Shown here in pieces: positions 40,510 to 52,240 of a DNA stretch of 64,000 nucleotides. The position numbers were made by a program, and so were the translations under genes. The notes beneath the pieces were generated by a model that was given only the letters and a program-made list of their open reading frames with translations, was not told the DNA's origin and ran no database searches. The DNA is from Squalus acanthias (taxonomy: Eukaryota): positions 58,840,001-58,904,000 of the forward strand of contig CM059438.1 of NCBI GenBank assembly GCA_030390025.1. The letters are read 5' to 3'. Position 1 is the stretch's first letter. Every line of letters begins with the position of its first letter.

Positions 40510-41570
40510 GTCACTCATCAGTGACAAGGATGATGAGGATGTGAGCCACAGTGTCGATAAGGACACGGCCACGACATGCCAGGTGACTTGTGTTTGGATG
40601 ATGGAAGTGGGGACCCTGGCCAGGAGATTATTGGGCAAGTCCAGCGATGAGGCGATAGGATTACTATTTCGGTAGCAGAGGTAGGGATGGAGGCAGGCAA
40701 TCTTATGGAGCTGAAAGAAAGTAGTGATAGACTGGTTGTGGGGAGGAAGCTGAGCTTGGGGTCAAGTGGTATGCCAAGGCTCCACATCTCTGGGCTAAGT
40801 CTGAGGTGGCAGCCCTGAAAGGGAGATAGCGTTCAGGCCAGAAGCGTGTAGGTGTTTGCAGGAGCTGGACAAGGATGGCTTAGGTTTTGCTGACATTAAG
40901 CGGCAGAAAGCTTTGGCTCATCCAGGTCTTGATGTCTGATGGGTAGTTGGAGATGGTGGCAACAGCTGTGGGGTCGGTGGAGAAGTGGAAAGGTAAAATT
41001 GGGTGACATCAGCAAAACGGTGAAGTTGACTCTGGCTATGAATTCTTGCTAAGTAGTGGCATGTAGATGAGGGGAAGGAGGGGGGCCAAGGATTGAATAA
41101 TGGGGTACACCAGAGGTAACCGTGTGGTCACAGAAGGAGAAATCATTTGATGTGATGTCTTTGGTGTGACAGGCAGGAGTGGAACCAGGAGAGAGTAGTT
41201 CCATGAAGAGAGGTTTGAGCAGGATGGAGAGGTCAACAGTGCCAAAGGCAGCAGAGAGGTCAAAGCGGATAAGGAGATGGAGTGAGCAGTGGTCGCAGTC
41301 ATTTAAGAGATCTTTGGTGGCTTTGACTAGTGAGGTTTCTGTTCTATGGGTGAGATGGAAGCCTGATTGGAGGACTTTGAGAGGTGCAAAGAAAAGAGGG
41401 AAGGGTGGAGATGGGGCGCTGGTTGAAGGGCATGGAGCGAGTGATGACAATGGTTTTGAAAGATGTAGGTACCAAGCAAGAAGATAAGAACAGGTTGGTG
41501 ATATTGGTAATCATGGGGCTGAGAAGGGCAAATTGGGAGGTTAGGAACAGGGAAGAGAAAGTCAATAGAG
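40510..41570 (-). mobile_element. Decayed L2 LINE RT fragment
   Basis: LQSGFHLTHRTETSLVK...FDLSAAFGTVD...TSGVPHYSILGP in ORF 41049-41450. Confidence 0.8.
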
Positions 41571-41744
41571 CAGATGGTGGGTTCCCAAAGGGCAGGGCTG
41601 AGAGCGGAGGGGTTAGAAGAAGCAGAGAGAGCAGAGCCAATGCCTTTGACTTTGGACACAATTCCTGTTTACAGTTATTACAATAAGCTTTGTTCTGGGT
41701 CTCTTTGCCCACTTTCAGTTGTGCAAACAGTCTGGTTTTGGGCT

Positions 41745-42718
41745 CATTAATGTGTACATTAATGATTTAGATATGAATGTAGGAGGTATGATCAGTAAGT
41801 TTGCAGATGACACGAAAATTGGTGGAGTGGTAAATAGCGAGGAGGGAAGGCTCAGGCTACAGGACGATATAGATGGTTGGTTAGATGGGCAGAACAGTGG
41901 CAAATGGAATTTAACCCTGAAAAGTGTGAGGTGATGCATTTTGGGAGGACTAACAAGGCAAGGGAATACACAATGAATGGTAGGACCCTAGGAAGGACAG
42001 AGGAACCTTGGCATGCATGTACATAGATCCCTGAAGGCAGCAGGACAGGTAGATAAGGTGGTTAAAAAGGCATATGGGATACTTGCCTTCATTAGCCGAG
42101 GCATAGAATATAAGAGCAGGGAGGTTATGATGGAGCTGTACAAAACGCTAGTTAGGCCACAGCTGGAATACTGTGTGCAGTTCTGGTCGCCACACTATAG
42201 GAAGGATGTGATTGTATTGGAGAGGGTGCAGAGGAGATTCACCAGGATGTTACCTGGGCTGGAGCGCTTCAGCTATGAAGAGAGACTGGACAGGCTGGGG
42301 TTGTTTTCCTTCGAGCAGAGAAGGCTGAGGGGGGACCTGATTGAGGTGTACAAAATTATGAGGGGCATAGATAGGGTAGATAGAAAGGAACTTTTCCCCT
42401 TAGTAGAGGGGTCAATAACCAGGGGGCATAGTTTCAAGGTAAGGGGCAGGAGGTTCAGAGGGGATTTGAGGAAAAACTTTTTCACCCAGAGGGTGGTTGG
42501 AATCTGGAACTCACTGCCTGAAAGGGTGGTAGAGGCAGGAACCCTCACAACATTCAAGAAGCATTTAGATGAGCACTTGAAACGCCATAGCATACAAGAC
42601 TACGGACCAAGTGCTGGAAAATGGGATTAGAATAGACAGGGCTTGATGGCCGGCGCGGACACGATGGGCCGAAGGGCCTCTTTCTGTGCTGTATAACTCT
42701 ATGACTATGACTCTGTGA
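41745..42718 (+). mobile_element. CR1 LINE 3' portion
   Basis: YINDLD...SKFADDTKIGG; ORF 42013-42630; (ctatga)n tail. Confidence 0.92.
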
Positions 42719-43560
42719 CTCATCTGCTGAGCAAACGATTTGTGTTAGCTTACTACTACTACTGCTGCAGCTGCTGCTGCTACAACACGCATTTATACAG
42801 CGCAATTAGCATAGGAAGACATCCCACGGCACGTCACAGGAGCGTTATCAGACAAAAATTGACACCGAGCCAAAGGAGGAAATATTAGGACTAGGTGTCG
42901 CAAACACAGCTGTTTGTCTCCAATGCACTTTGACATTAGTGAACAGCAAGTGTGAGATTCACTCCCGGAGTGTCAGGCCAGAACGAGATGGAACCCTGAC
43001 TTTTGCACCTCAGAAAGACACATTCCAGCCTGGCTGTTCCTGACCTGCACTTAGCCCCTCTGAGACTTGTTGAGACAGGGACTCATCATAAAGAATATGT
43101 TATAAATAAGATGAGGAAATACATCAGAAGCATGACCCAGGACAGACAGACACGACCAGTGTCTCTTTGTGCCTGAGGCGTCAATGATGGATTAAAGGAA
43201 ACTAGGGCAGTACTGTGGTTTCCTTTAATCTGTACATTGGTGCCCGAATGCACCCAGGTAAGGAATGGTAAGGGGTGGCAGCCTCCTCTCCCCCCTCATC
43301 GCCTGACGTTGTTGACTGTTGCTGGGGTGCAGTTCCACCGCACCCACCGGCACCGGCTCCGGCTGAATTAATCATTCTTCACGTGTGAGCCTGACTAGGA
43401 GTGTCAGTTGGCTGTTCGGCCCTGGTGGACATCACAGCCAAGCCTTACCCTTCTCCAACCAAAGACCACATACAAGCACATCTCCAGCAGGGCTCACTGA
43501 TGACAACCGGGAGCAGGTAACCTGGATAGTTTCTCCTTCCTAGCACAAAGGGTACTGAGG

Positions 43561-44214
43561 CCAATTGGAGCACCCCTACCACCTCCCCAATTGGAGCACC
43601 CCTACCACCTCCCCAATTGGAGCACCCCTACCACCTCCCCAATTGGAGCCCCCCCCACCTCCCCAATTGGAGCATCCCTACCACCTCCCCAATTGGAGCA
43701 GCCCTACCACCTCCCCAATTGGAGCAGCCCTACCACCTCCCCAATTGGAGCAGCCCTACCACCTCCCCAATTGGAGCATCCCTACCACCTCCTCAATTGG
43801 AGCACCGGTACCACCTCCCCAATTGGAGCACCGGTACCACCTCCCCAATTGGAGCACCGGTACCACCTCCCCAATTGGAGCATCCCTACCACCTCCCCAA
43901 TTGGAGCACCGGTACCACCTCCCCAATTGGAGCCCCCCCCACCACCTCCCCAATTGGAGCACCCCTACCACCTCCCCAATTGGAGCAGCCCTACCAACCC
44001 CCCAATTGGAGCATCCCTACCACCTCCCCAATTGGAGCACCCCTCCCACCTCCCCAATTGGAGCACCGGTACCACCTCCCCAATTGGAGCACCCCTACCA
44101 CCTCCTCAATTGGAGCACCCCGACCACCTCCCCAATTGGAGCAGCCCTACCACCTCCCCAATCGGAGCACCCCTACCACCTCCCCAATTGGAGCACCCCT
44201 ACCACCTCCCCAAT
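43561..44214. repeat. 26-bp minisatellite (CCAATTGGAGCACCCCTACCACCTCC)n, about 25 copies
   Basis: Tandem units, each with the palindrome CCAATTGG. Confidence 0.97.
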
Positions 44215-46460
44215 AGTGACCATAATATAATACGCTTTAAGATAGTAATTGAGGACATAAGTATGAAGACCAGAGTAATAGAGTGGAGAAAAGCTGATTT
44301 TGAGGAGGTGAGAATAGAACTTGGGAAAATAAAATGGACACAATATTGGCAAACAATGACATAGAACAGCAATAGGAAACATTTAACATGGTGCTCAACA
44401 GAGTCCAGGAAAAATATATTCCGCTAAAAAAAGAACAAAATAAGCACGAATGGGACACCATGGATGAATAAAGCCATAAGGGAGAAATTGAGGGTAAGGA
44501 AAGGGGCATACATTAAGTACATGGACAGTAGGGGAGTGCATGATAAGGGAGAATATGAAGAGATTAGGAGAGAAGTCAAAAAAACAATTAGGAAGGCAAA
44601 GAGGAACTATGAAATTAAGTTATCAAGGAACATAAAACAAAATAGTAAAATATTTTATAGGCACATAAATAAAAAAAGGAAGGTCGGGATGGGAATAGGG
44701 CTACTAAGGGATGGACAGGATAATACCACAGGCAGTGATAGAGAGATGGCAGAGATATTAAATAATTACTTTGCCTCAGTATTTACCAGGGAGATAGAAC
44801 AGGTGGACATGACATAGGATCATGAGATTAGTAATGAAATAAATGCATTTAAAATAAAAAGAGGATATATATTAAATAAATTAATCAAACTCAAAGAGGA
44901 AAAAACCCCTGGTTCGGATGGATTACATCCACGCATTTTAAAAGAATCTAGGGAAGAGATAGCAGAGGCACTACGACACATATTTAATAATTTGTTTAAA
45001 AAAAGGTGTAGTGCCAGAGGACTGGTGGATAGCTAAAGTAATACCTATAGTTAAGAAGGGAGATAGAACATGTTCAGGGAACTATAGACCAGTCAGCTTA
45101 ACATCGGTGGTAGGAAAAATAATGGAATCCCTACTAAAGGAGAAAATAGAACAACTAGAAGTCAAAAATATAATAAATAATCAGCATGGATTTCAAAAGG
45201 GAAAGTCTTGCTTGACCAACCTCACTGAATTTTTTGAAGAGGTAACAGAGAGAATAGACAAGGGTATTGCAGTAGATGTAATGTATCTAGATTTTCCAAA
45301 CGGCCTTCGATAAGGTACCACATAATAGACTGATGAACAAGGTCAGAGAATGCGGAGTCAGGGGACAAGTAGCAGAATGGATAACTAGCTGGCTTCAAGA
45401 CAGAAAGCAGAAAGTAGGAGTAAAAGGTAGCTATTCACAGTGGTAGAAGGTGGGTAGTGGTGTTCCACAAGAATCAGTGCTGGGACTACTGTTGTTCACA
45501 ATTTATATTAACAATTTAGACTTTGGAATCAAAAACACAATTTCTAAATTTGTGGATGACAACAAATTGGGGGGGGATTGTCAATGCTGAGGAGGACTGC
45601 AACAAATTACAGGAGGACATTAATAAACTTGCAGAATGGGCATATAATTGGCAAATGAATTTCAACACAGATAAATGTGAGGTATTACATTTTGGTAGGA
45701 AGAATAGGGAGGTCACTTATTACTTGGAAGGTGAGAGTCTGGGTGGGGTGGAGGAACAAAGGGATCTCGGAGTACAAATACACAAATCACTGAAAGTAGC
45801 AACACAGGTTAACAAGGCCATAAAAAAAAGCAAACCAAGCACTAGGGTTTATTTCTAGAGAGATAGAATTGAAAAGTAGGGAAGTTATGCTAAACTTGTA
45901 TTGAACCTTGGTTAGACCACACTTGGAGTACTGCGTACAGTTCTGGTCGCCATATAATAAAAAGAATATAGAGGCACTGAAGAGCGTGCAGAGAAGATTT
46001 ACAAGGATGATACAAGAAATGCGAGGTTATACCTATCAGGAAAGGATGAATAGGCTGGGTCTCTTTTCTCTTGAAAAGAGAAGGCTGAGGGGTGACCTAA
46101 AATTATGTCTTTAAAATTATGAAAGGTTTTGATAGAGTAGATACAGAGAGAATATTTCCACTTGTACGGAAGAGCATAAATAGAGGCCATCAATATAAGA
46201 TAGTCACCAACAAATCAAATAGGGAATTCAGAAGAAACTTCTTTACCCAGAGGGTGGTGAGAATGTGGAACTCGCTACCACAGGGAGTGGTTGAAGCGAA
46301 TAGTATAGATGCATTTAAGGGGCGGTTAGATAAGCATATGAGGGAGAAGGGAATAGAGGGTTATGAGAAAAGATGGGAGTAGGCTCGAGTGGAGCATAAA
46401 CGCCGGCATGGACTGGTTGGGCCGAATGGCCTGTTTCTGTGCCGTATATCCTATGTAATT
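44215..46460 (+). mobile_element. Decayed CR1 LINE (end of endonuclease domain to tail)
   Basis: [34 protein letters not shown] and NFFTQRVV, with multiple stops and frameshifts. Confidence 0.92.
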
Positions 46461-47996
46461 GGAAGGAGCATCAGGACCTTGCAGTCAGTGACTGTGTCAG
46501 ATTGGAACACTGGGCCTGCGACACTCTCACTCCTCCTCATTTTACTTGTGTTTTTAAAGCTATTCTAACACAGTAACACAATGCGCCGTGAGCTTCTCCT
46601 GCCGGAATGGCAGACAATTTCATTGATAAACGTCTGAACAAACGCAGGTATCACATGCCTTACTTTTCTGGAGAGTTTCGCTATTAGCACAGGACAGTGT
46701 GACTGCCAAACAGAGAGTGCACTCAGCATCACTGTATATCCATTGATCCATAAAATGTGTTCAATGCTCAACTAACTGAACACCACATCAAGCCATTCCC
46801 GACACATTTACCTTAGCCTGACCCCCATTATCATGGTTACAGTTTCTATTATACTATTGGATGCAAAATCACTATCTATCCATCCATATGCCTATCTGGC
46901 AATCTATCATCTATCTATCACCTGTCTAGTTACATAGTTGTACCCAATTGGCCCAAGTTTCATATTCATAAAACAGTGATAAATCGCAACTCAAGAGGTA
47001 AGCAATGTACAAATCGATTGGGGGAAACTCCCCATGAAAAACTACTAAGAATCTATGAAAATAAGCAATCCAGAATGACAAGTTAGCAAAACCTACCAAT
47101 AAAAGATAAGGCTGCCAATTAAATTGCATAAAATATTTTTTAAACCCTTTCAGTCACCATCTTGGGTTGTTACTAAGTTAATGAGTACTGGAAATAAGTT
47201 TTCTAAGATAATAAACACAACAAAATTTTCAACAAAAAAATACTTACCTATACAATAGCATTTTGTGTGTAAAATTGTGGCGAGCAATATTTTACATTGG
47301 TGACCTGCGCTTTTCCAAGAGCTCGAGGCTAGAATTTGTAGGGCTCCCACGGCCATTGCTGACAACAAAGAGAGTCAGTAAGGTAGCAGGCTCCACTTTC
47401 CAGTGCACATCTATGCCTATCGCTCCCATTGACAACAAGACTGGCCATTGACAGAGTGTGCCAGGACTCGCTGCTTGTAAGAACCAGCTTCTTCCACCCC
47501 TGTGTATCATAGGAAGATTACTGAAGAGAAAAAGCCCAAGGGAAACCTTTTATAGGAGCAGTGAAAGCAACCAGAATTTAACATCAAAAAAAGGTAAAGC
47601 ATGAAACAAGAATAGAAGATGCTGCAAAGACTAGTTTCGGGTAGGTACCCTTGACACCTGAATCGTGACCTGTCTTTTCTCTTTACAGATGCTGACTGAC
47701 CTCCCTTGTATTTCCAGCATATTCTGTTTTTTATTTCAGATTTGCAACTTTCCCTTTCTGAAGTAAAACACGAACTCATAGAAACATAGAAGATAGGAGC
47801 AGGAGTAGGCCATTCGGCCCCTTGAGCCTGCTCCGCCATTCGATGAGATCATGGCTGATCATCTAAACTCAGTACCCTGTACCTGCCTTCTCCCCATATC
47901 CGCCAACTTTTCCGAGGTAGTTTTGTTGGAAGGTGACTATATCCTGCAGGTTGTTTATTTGGCAAACACAGCATGACAAATGAAACTTGCTTCTTT

Positions 47997-48357
47997 CATA
48001 GAAACATAGAATCTAGGAGCAGGAGTAGGCCATTCGGCCCGTCGAGCCTGCTCCACCATTCAATATGATCATGGCTGATCATCCAAATCCAATACCCTGT
48101 CCCTGCTTTAATCCCCACAGTACACATATCCCACCCTACCCCCGTAACCCCACGTATTTAATTCCCCCTAACATATCCCATCCTATCCCCATAACCCCAC
48201 ATATTTAATCCCCCCCTAACACTAAGGGTCAATTTATCATAGCCAAATCAACCTAACCCGCACATTTTTGGACTGTGGGAGGAAACCGGAGCACCCGGAG
48301 GAAACCCATGCAGACACGGGGAGAATGTGCAAACTCCACACAGACAGTCACCCGAGG
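47997..48357 (-). mobile_element. HE1-type V-SINE, 5'-truncated, near-identical to 32479-32907
   Basis: Reverse complement matches about 32548-32907 with only a few differences. Confidence 0.9.
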
Positions 48358-49042
48358 TATTATTTAATCACCTTTCAGTCACCTTTCAAACTTGGTATTA
48401 TTTAATCTTTATGTTTTGCAATGGGTTCCAATGGTTACACCAGCAGCATGTATTTTATTTATCTTTATCTCATAACTCAAAGACAACTAGCAAAAAATGA
48501 GGATGAACATAAACAGTGGAAATTTTGGAAGGACTGTACCATTGTTTAAGTTTGGAGGAAGGCTCAGAATAAAATTTCGGGCCTAAAACAAGATTAGTTA
48601 AGCAGAATATATTAATAACACTAAGTACTGTTGCAGAGATATTTGATAAAGAAGGAAAGATATAAATTAGTTTAATTAAATTTTATAATTATTGATCCTT
48701 GCTTTAAAAACACATGCCCTGAATTGGCAGTCAGTAAAGGTAAAGTGTCGTTTATCCCTCTGTGAGACATCTATTTATTGTAATTATTGCAGGAACTATG
48801 TACCTGCAGTGGATAAAGAAAACACTATTTACTTTGCAGGAACCAATCAAAAAACACTTACTACACTGTTTTAGAGGAGATCTCTTACAAACTTCTTTTG
48901 GCCCCAATTCCAGAGTCCAGCAGCCCCCCTTACAACAGCGTGACCGCTCACTCACTGGGGCCAACTTTAAGTGGCTCTGCCTGGCGTAAATGGGGCACTA
49001 GTGGGCTGGAAATGGCATCGGGTCGCTTACCGCTGCGTTTAC

Positions 49043-50512
49043 CCATGGATTGGAGAGTAGCTAATGTTACCCCACTATTCAAAAAGGGTGGTAGAGAGAA
49101 AGCGGGGAATTACAGACCGGTAAGCCTGACATCGGTAGTGGGGAAAATGCTAGAGTCCATTATAAAGGATGTAATAGCTGAGCATTTGAAAAACAGTGAC
49201 AGGATCGGACAAAGTCAACATGGATTTACAAAAGGTAAATCGTGCTTGACTAATCTACTGGAATTTTTTGAGGATGTAACTGGAAAAATAGATAAGGGAG
49301 AACCAGTAGATGTGGTGTATTTGGACTTTCAAAAGGCTTTCGATAAGGTCCCGCATAAGAGATTAGCGGGTAAAGTTAAGGCACATGGGATTGGGGGCAA
49401 GGTATTGACTTGGATAGAGAACTGGTTGGCGGACAGAAAGCAGAGAGTAGGAATTAATGGGTCTTTTTCCGAGTGGCAAGCAGTGACTAGTGGGGTACCG
49501 CAGGGATTGGTCCTTGGACCCCAGCTATTCACAATATACATTAATGATCTAGATAAGGGAATTCAATGTAATATCTCCAAGTTTGCAGATGACACAAAGC
49601 TAGGTGGGAGTGTGTGCTGCGAGGAGGATACCGAGAAACTCCAGGATGATCTGGACAGGTTGGGTGAGTGGGCAGAAGCGTGGCAGATGCAATATAACGT
49701 GGATAAGTGCGAGGTTATCCACTTTGGTGTCAAAAACAGAAAGGCAGACTATTATCTGAATGGCAATAGATTGGGAGAAGGGGAAGTGCAACGAGACCTG
49801 GGTGTCCTTGTGCACCAGTCGCTGAAAGTAAGCATGCAGGTGCAGCAGGCGGTGAAGAAGGCAAATGGTATGTTGGCCTTCATAGCGAAAGGGTTTGAGT
49901 ATAGGAGCAGGGATGTCCTGCTGCAGTTGTACAGGGCCTTGGTGAGACCACACCTTGAGTACTGTGTGCAGTTTTGGTCGCCTTATCTGAGGAAGGATGT
50001 TCTTGCCATGGAAGGAGTTCAGCGAAGATTCACAAGGCTGATACCTGGGATGGCAGGAATGACATATGAGGAGAGATTGGGTCGATTGGGCTTATACTCA
50101 CTGGAGTATAGAAGAATGAGAGGGGATCTCATCGAAACATATAAAATTCTGACAGGTCTGGACAAACTAGATGCAGGAAGAATGTTCCCGATGGTCGGAG
50201 AGTCCAGAACCAGGGGTCATAATCTACGGATAACGGGTAAACCATTTAGGACAGAAATGAGGAAGAATTTCTTCACCCAGAGAGTGGTGAACCTGTGGAA
50301 TTCTCTACCACAGAAGGTAGTTGAGGCGAAGTCATTAAATATATTCAAGAATGAGTTAGATATATTTCTTAAAGCTAAAGGTATCAAGGGATATGAGGAG
50401 AAGGCAGGTACAGGGTACTGAGTTTAGATGATCAGCCATGATCTCATCGAATGGCAGAGCAGGCTCGAGGGGCCGATTGGCCTACTCCTGCTCCTATCTT
50501 CTATGTTTCTAT
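49043..50512 (+). mobile_element. Young 5'-truncated CR1 LINE, open RT frame to 50421
   Basis: Protein nearly identical to that of the 20783-22780 copy; same tail. Confidence 0.96.
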
Positions 50513-51555
50513 GTTACACTGGCACTCCAGCCGCCACCAGCTTGGGTAGGGTCCGGAGACGGAGGCCGGAGCGCCTGCCTGTGTCAGGCAGGTGGCCACC
50601 TGGAAAATGCAAATCAGGGTCCTGTGACAGACACAGGACCACAACTGCAATTTTGAAGTACAAACAGGCGGATTTGTGCGCCGTACATGCTCCGTCTATT
50701 TGTACCAGTGTTGAACGACATAACTATATAGGATCAAGACCATTTCCTGTCCTCCACAACCAGCGAGCTACCTCAGCTTGCCCGATTCATTTAAATCAGG
50801 CTGCGGCCTCAGAATGGGTTGAGCCTGACGGGAGTAACAACGGGCAGGCTGCAGGCACACGCTGCCTGCCCGCCAACCACCCATTGTGCCCCTGAAACTA
50901 AAATGGACACCCGTGAGTAAAACCATGGGGGATCCAAGTTTATCTATTTGTAATATATTATAACATTTGCCTATGACATGCACTTCCAGTGCACATTGAC
51001 CATACTTTGGGTGCCATGATTTTTGAGCAATGCTTTATATGTCAATATTGATAAGTTGTCAACATTTCTCAGTATCAAGTATACGTCAATATCTACCTGC
51101 GGTGCTTCTGTTGTATAAAGCCTTAAAGGCCTCTGGACACTAGGTGGCATTGTCGTGCCTCCCCACTGCATCACCCACGTTTGCCGCCATTTTGTTTTGT
51201 CACTCAGTTTTTCCTGATTTTCAAGTTTCCAAGTTCACCCACCCCATACAAAGTATTAACAGTGGAGAAACAGGCCATTCGGCCCAATAGATCTATGCAA
51301 ACAGGTGCTACCCACCCAGTGCTACCACTGAGGCCCACCGAACGGATCCAGCCCGAGTCTGATTTCAGGCCTCTCCTGCCCCTTTGAACTTCCCCGGTTT
51401 CATGTCCTTGAGGGTAATGGTCGGGTCTCAAGTTTACCACCTGGGGCCTTCACACCACAACTCGCAACCATAAGTCTGCCCTGGGGATGACGCTTAAAAG
51501 TCACTGCACTATGCGAATATAAAGTGCTAACTCTTTAATTGCCTTACCAAACTGA

Positions 51556-51764
51556 TGATGTGGAGATGCCGGTGTTGGACTGGGGTGGACAAATGGGAGA
51601 AGTCGCACAACACCAGGTTATAGTCCAACAGCTTTATTTGAAATCACAAGCTTTCGGAGCGCTGCTCCTTCGTCAGGTGAAGGACGAAGGAGCAGCGCTC
51701 CGAAAGCTTGTGATTTCAAATAAAGCTGTTGGACTATAACCTGGTGTTGTGCGACTTCTCACAT
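51556..51764. mobile_element. Penelope-like palindromic element (family B) with 12-bp TSD
   Basis: Perfect 78-bp inverted arms 51597-51674 and 51683-51760, 8-nt loop; flanking direct repeat TTACCAAACTGA at 51544-51555 and 51765-51776. Confidence 0.85.
51644..51680 (-). ncRNA. Minimal type I hammerhead ribozyme motif
   Basis: UCAC-CUGACGA-A-GGAGC-AGC-GCUCC-GAAA-GCUU-GUGA: core boxes, stem I, stem II and palindromic loopless stem III (AAGCUU), as in Penelope-associated hammerheads. Confidence 0.7.
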
Positions 51765-52202
51765 TTACCAAACTGAAACCGTCTTTCACAGCTCAGTGCT
51801 CTGAAACAAGACTTCTGGTATATTTTTTTTAAACTTTAAGTTTCGCCTCGCTGCAGGTGTTGCAATGGAATTTGTTGTGAGGGGACCTTGTCACAGCGGG
51901 GGCTTAAACAGTGCGTCATCTGGCTCGCCGTGATCAACGCCGTCAAGACCTGCTAAACTGTTGCATCTAGTGTGCATTTCCTGTTTGCCACACTTACTTC
52001 CGCCATGCCTGGGTGTCACTCCTGGGTATTAATTTTAGCTGCCAGCAATGTTCCCGCTAATTTTATTGGGTGCGCGGCCCATTCAAATTTCCGCGCATGC
52101 GCGGATTTTCCATTTAGAAGCCGCTGAGTGGGACCTCCAGACCCATCTTAAAAGGGGGAAGTTGCACAACACCAGGTTATAGTCCAACAGATTTATTTAA
52201 AA

Positions 52203-52240
52203 TTACAAGCTTTCGGAGCTGTCGCCCCTTCCTCAGGTAG
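52203..52240 (-). ncRNA. Second minimal hammerhead motif, within a single-arm family B fragment (52158-52240)
   Basis: UAC-CUGAGGA-A-GGGGC-GACA-GCUCC-GAAA-GCUU-GUA; changes relative to the first copy preserve pairing in stems I and II. Confidence 0.65.

Noticed and set aside
43565..44364. Proline-rich extensin-like ORFs
   Set aside because: All three frames of the 26-bp array; one runs into CR1 sequence.
47248..47306. GHQCKILL as the continuation of CHAT AFLRAG
   Set aside because: No pyrimidine tract at that AG and no SLW or FY motifs; the similarity is too weak.
48898..49042. Novel N-terminus fused to the CR1 RT ORF
   Set aside because: Chance open frame from a TTG start upstream of the 5' truncation point; no sign of domestication.
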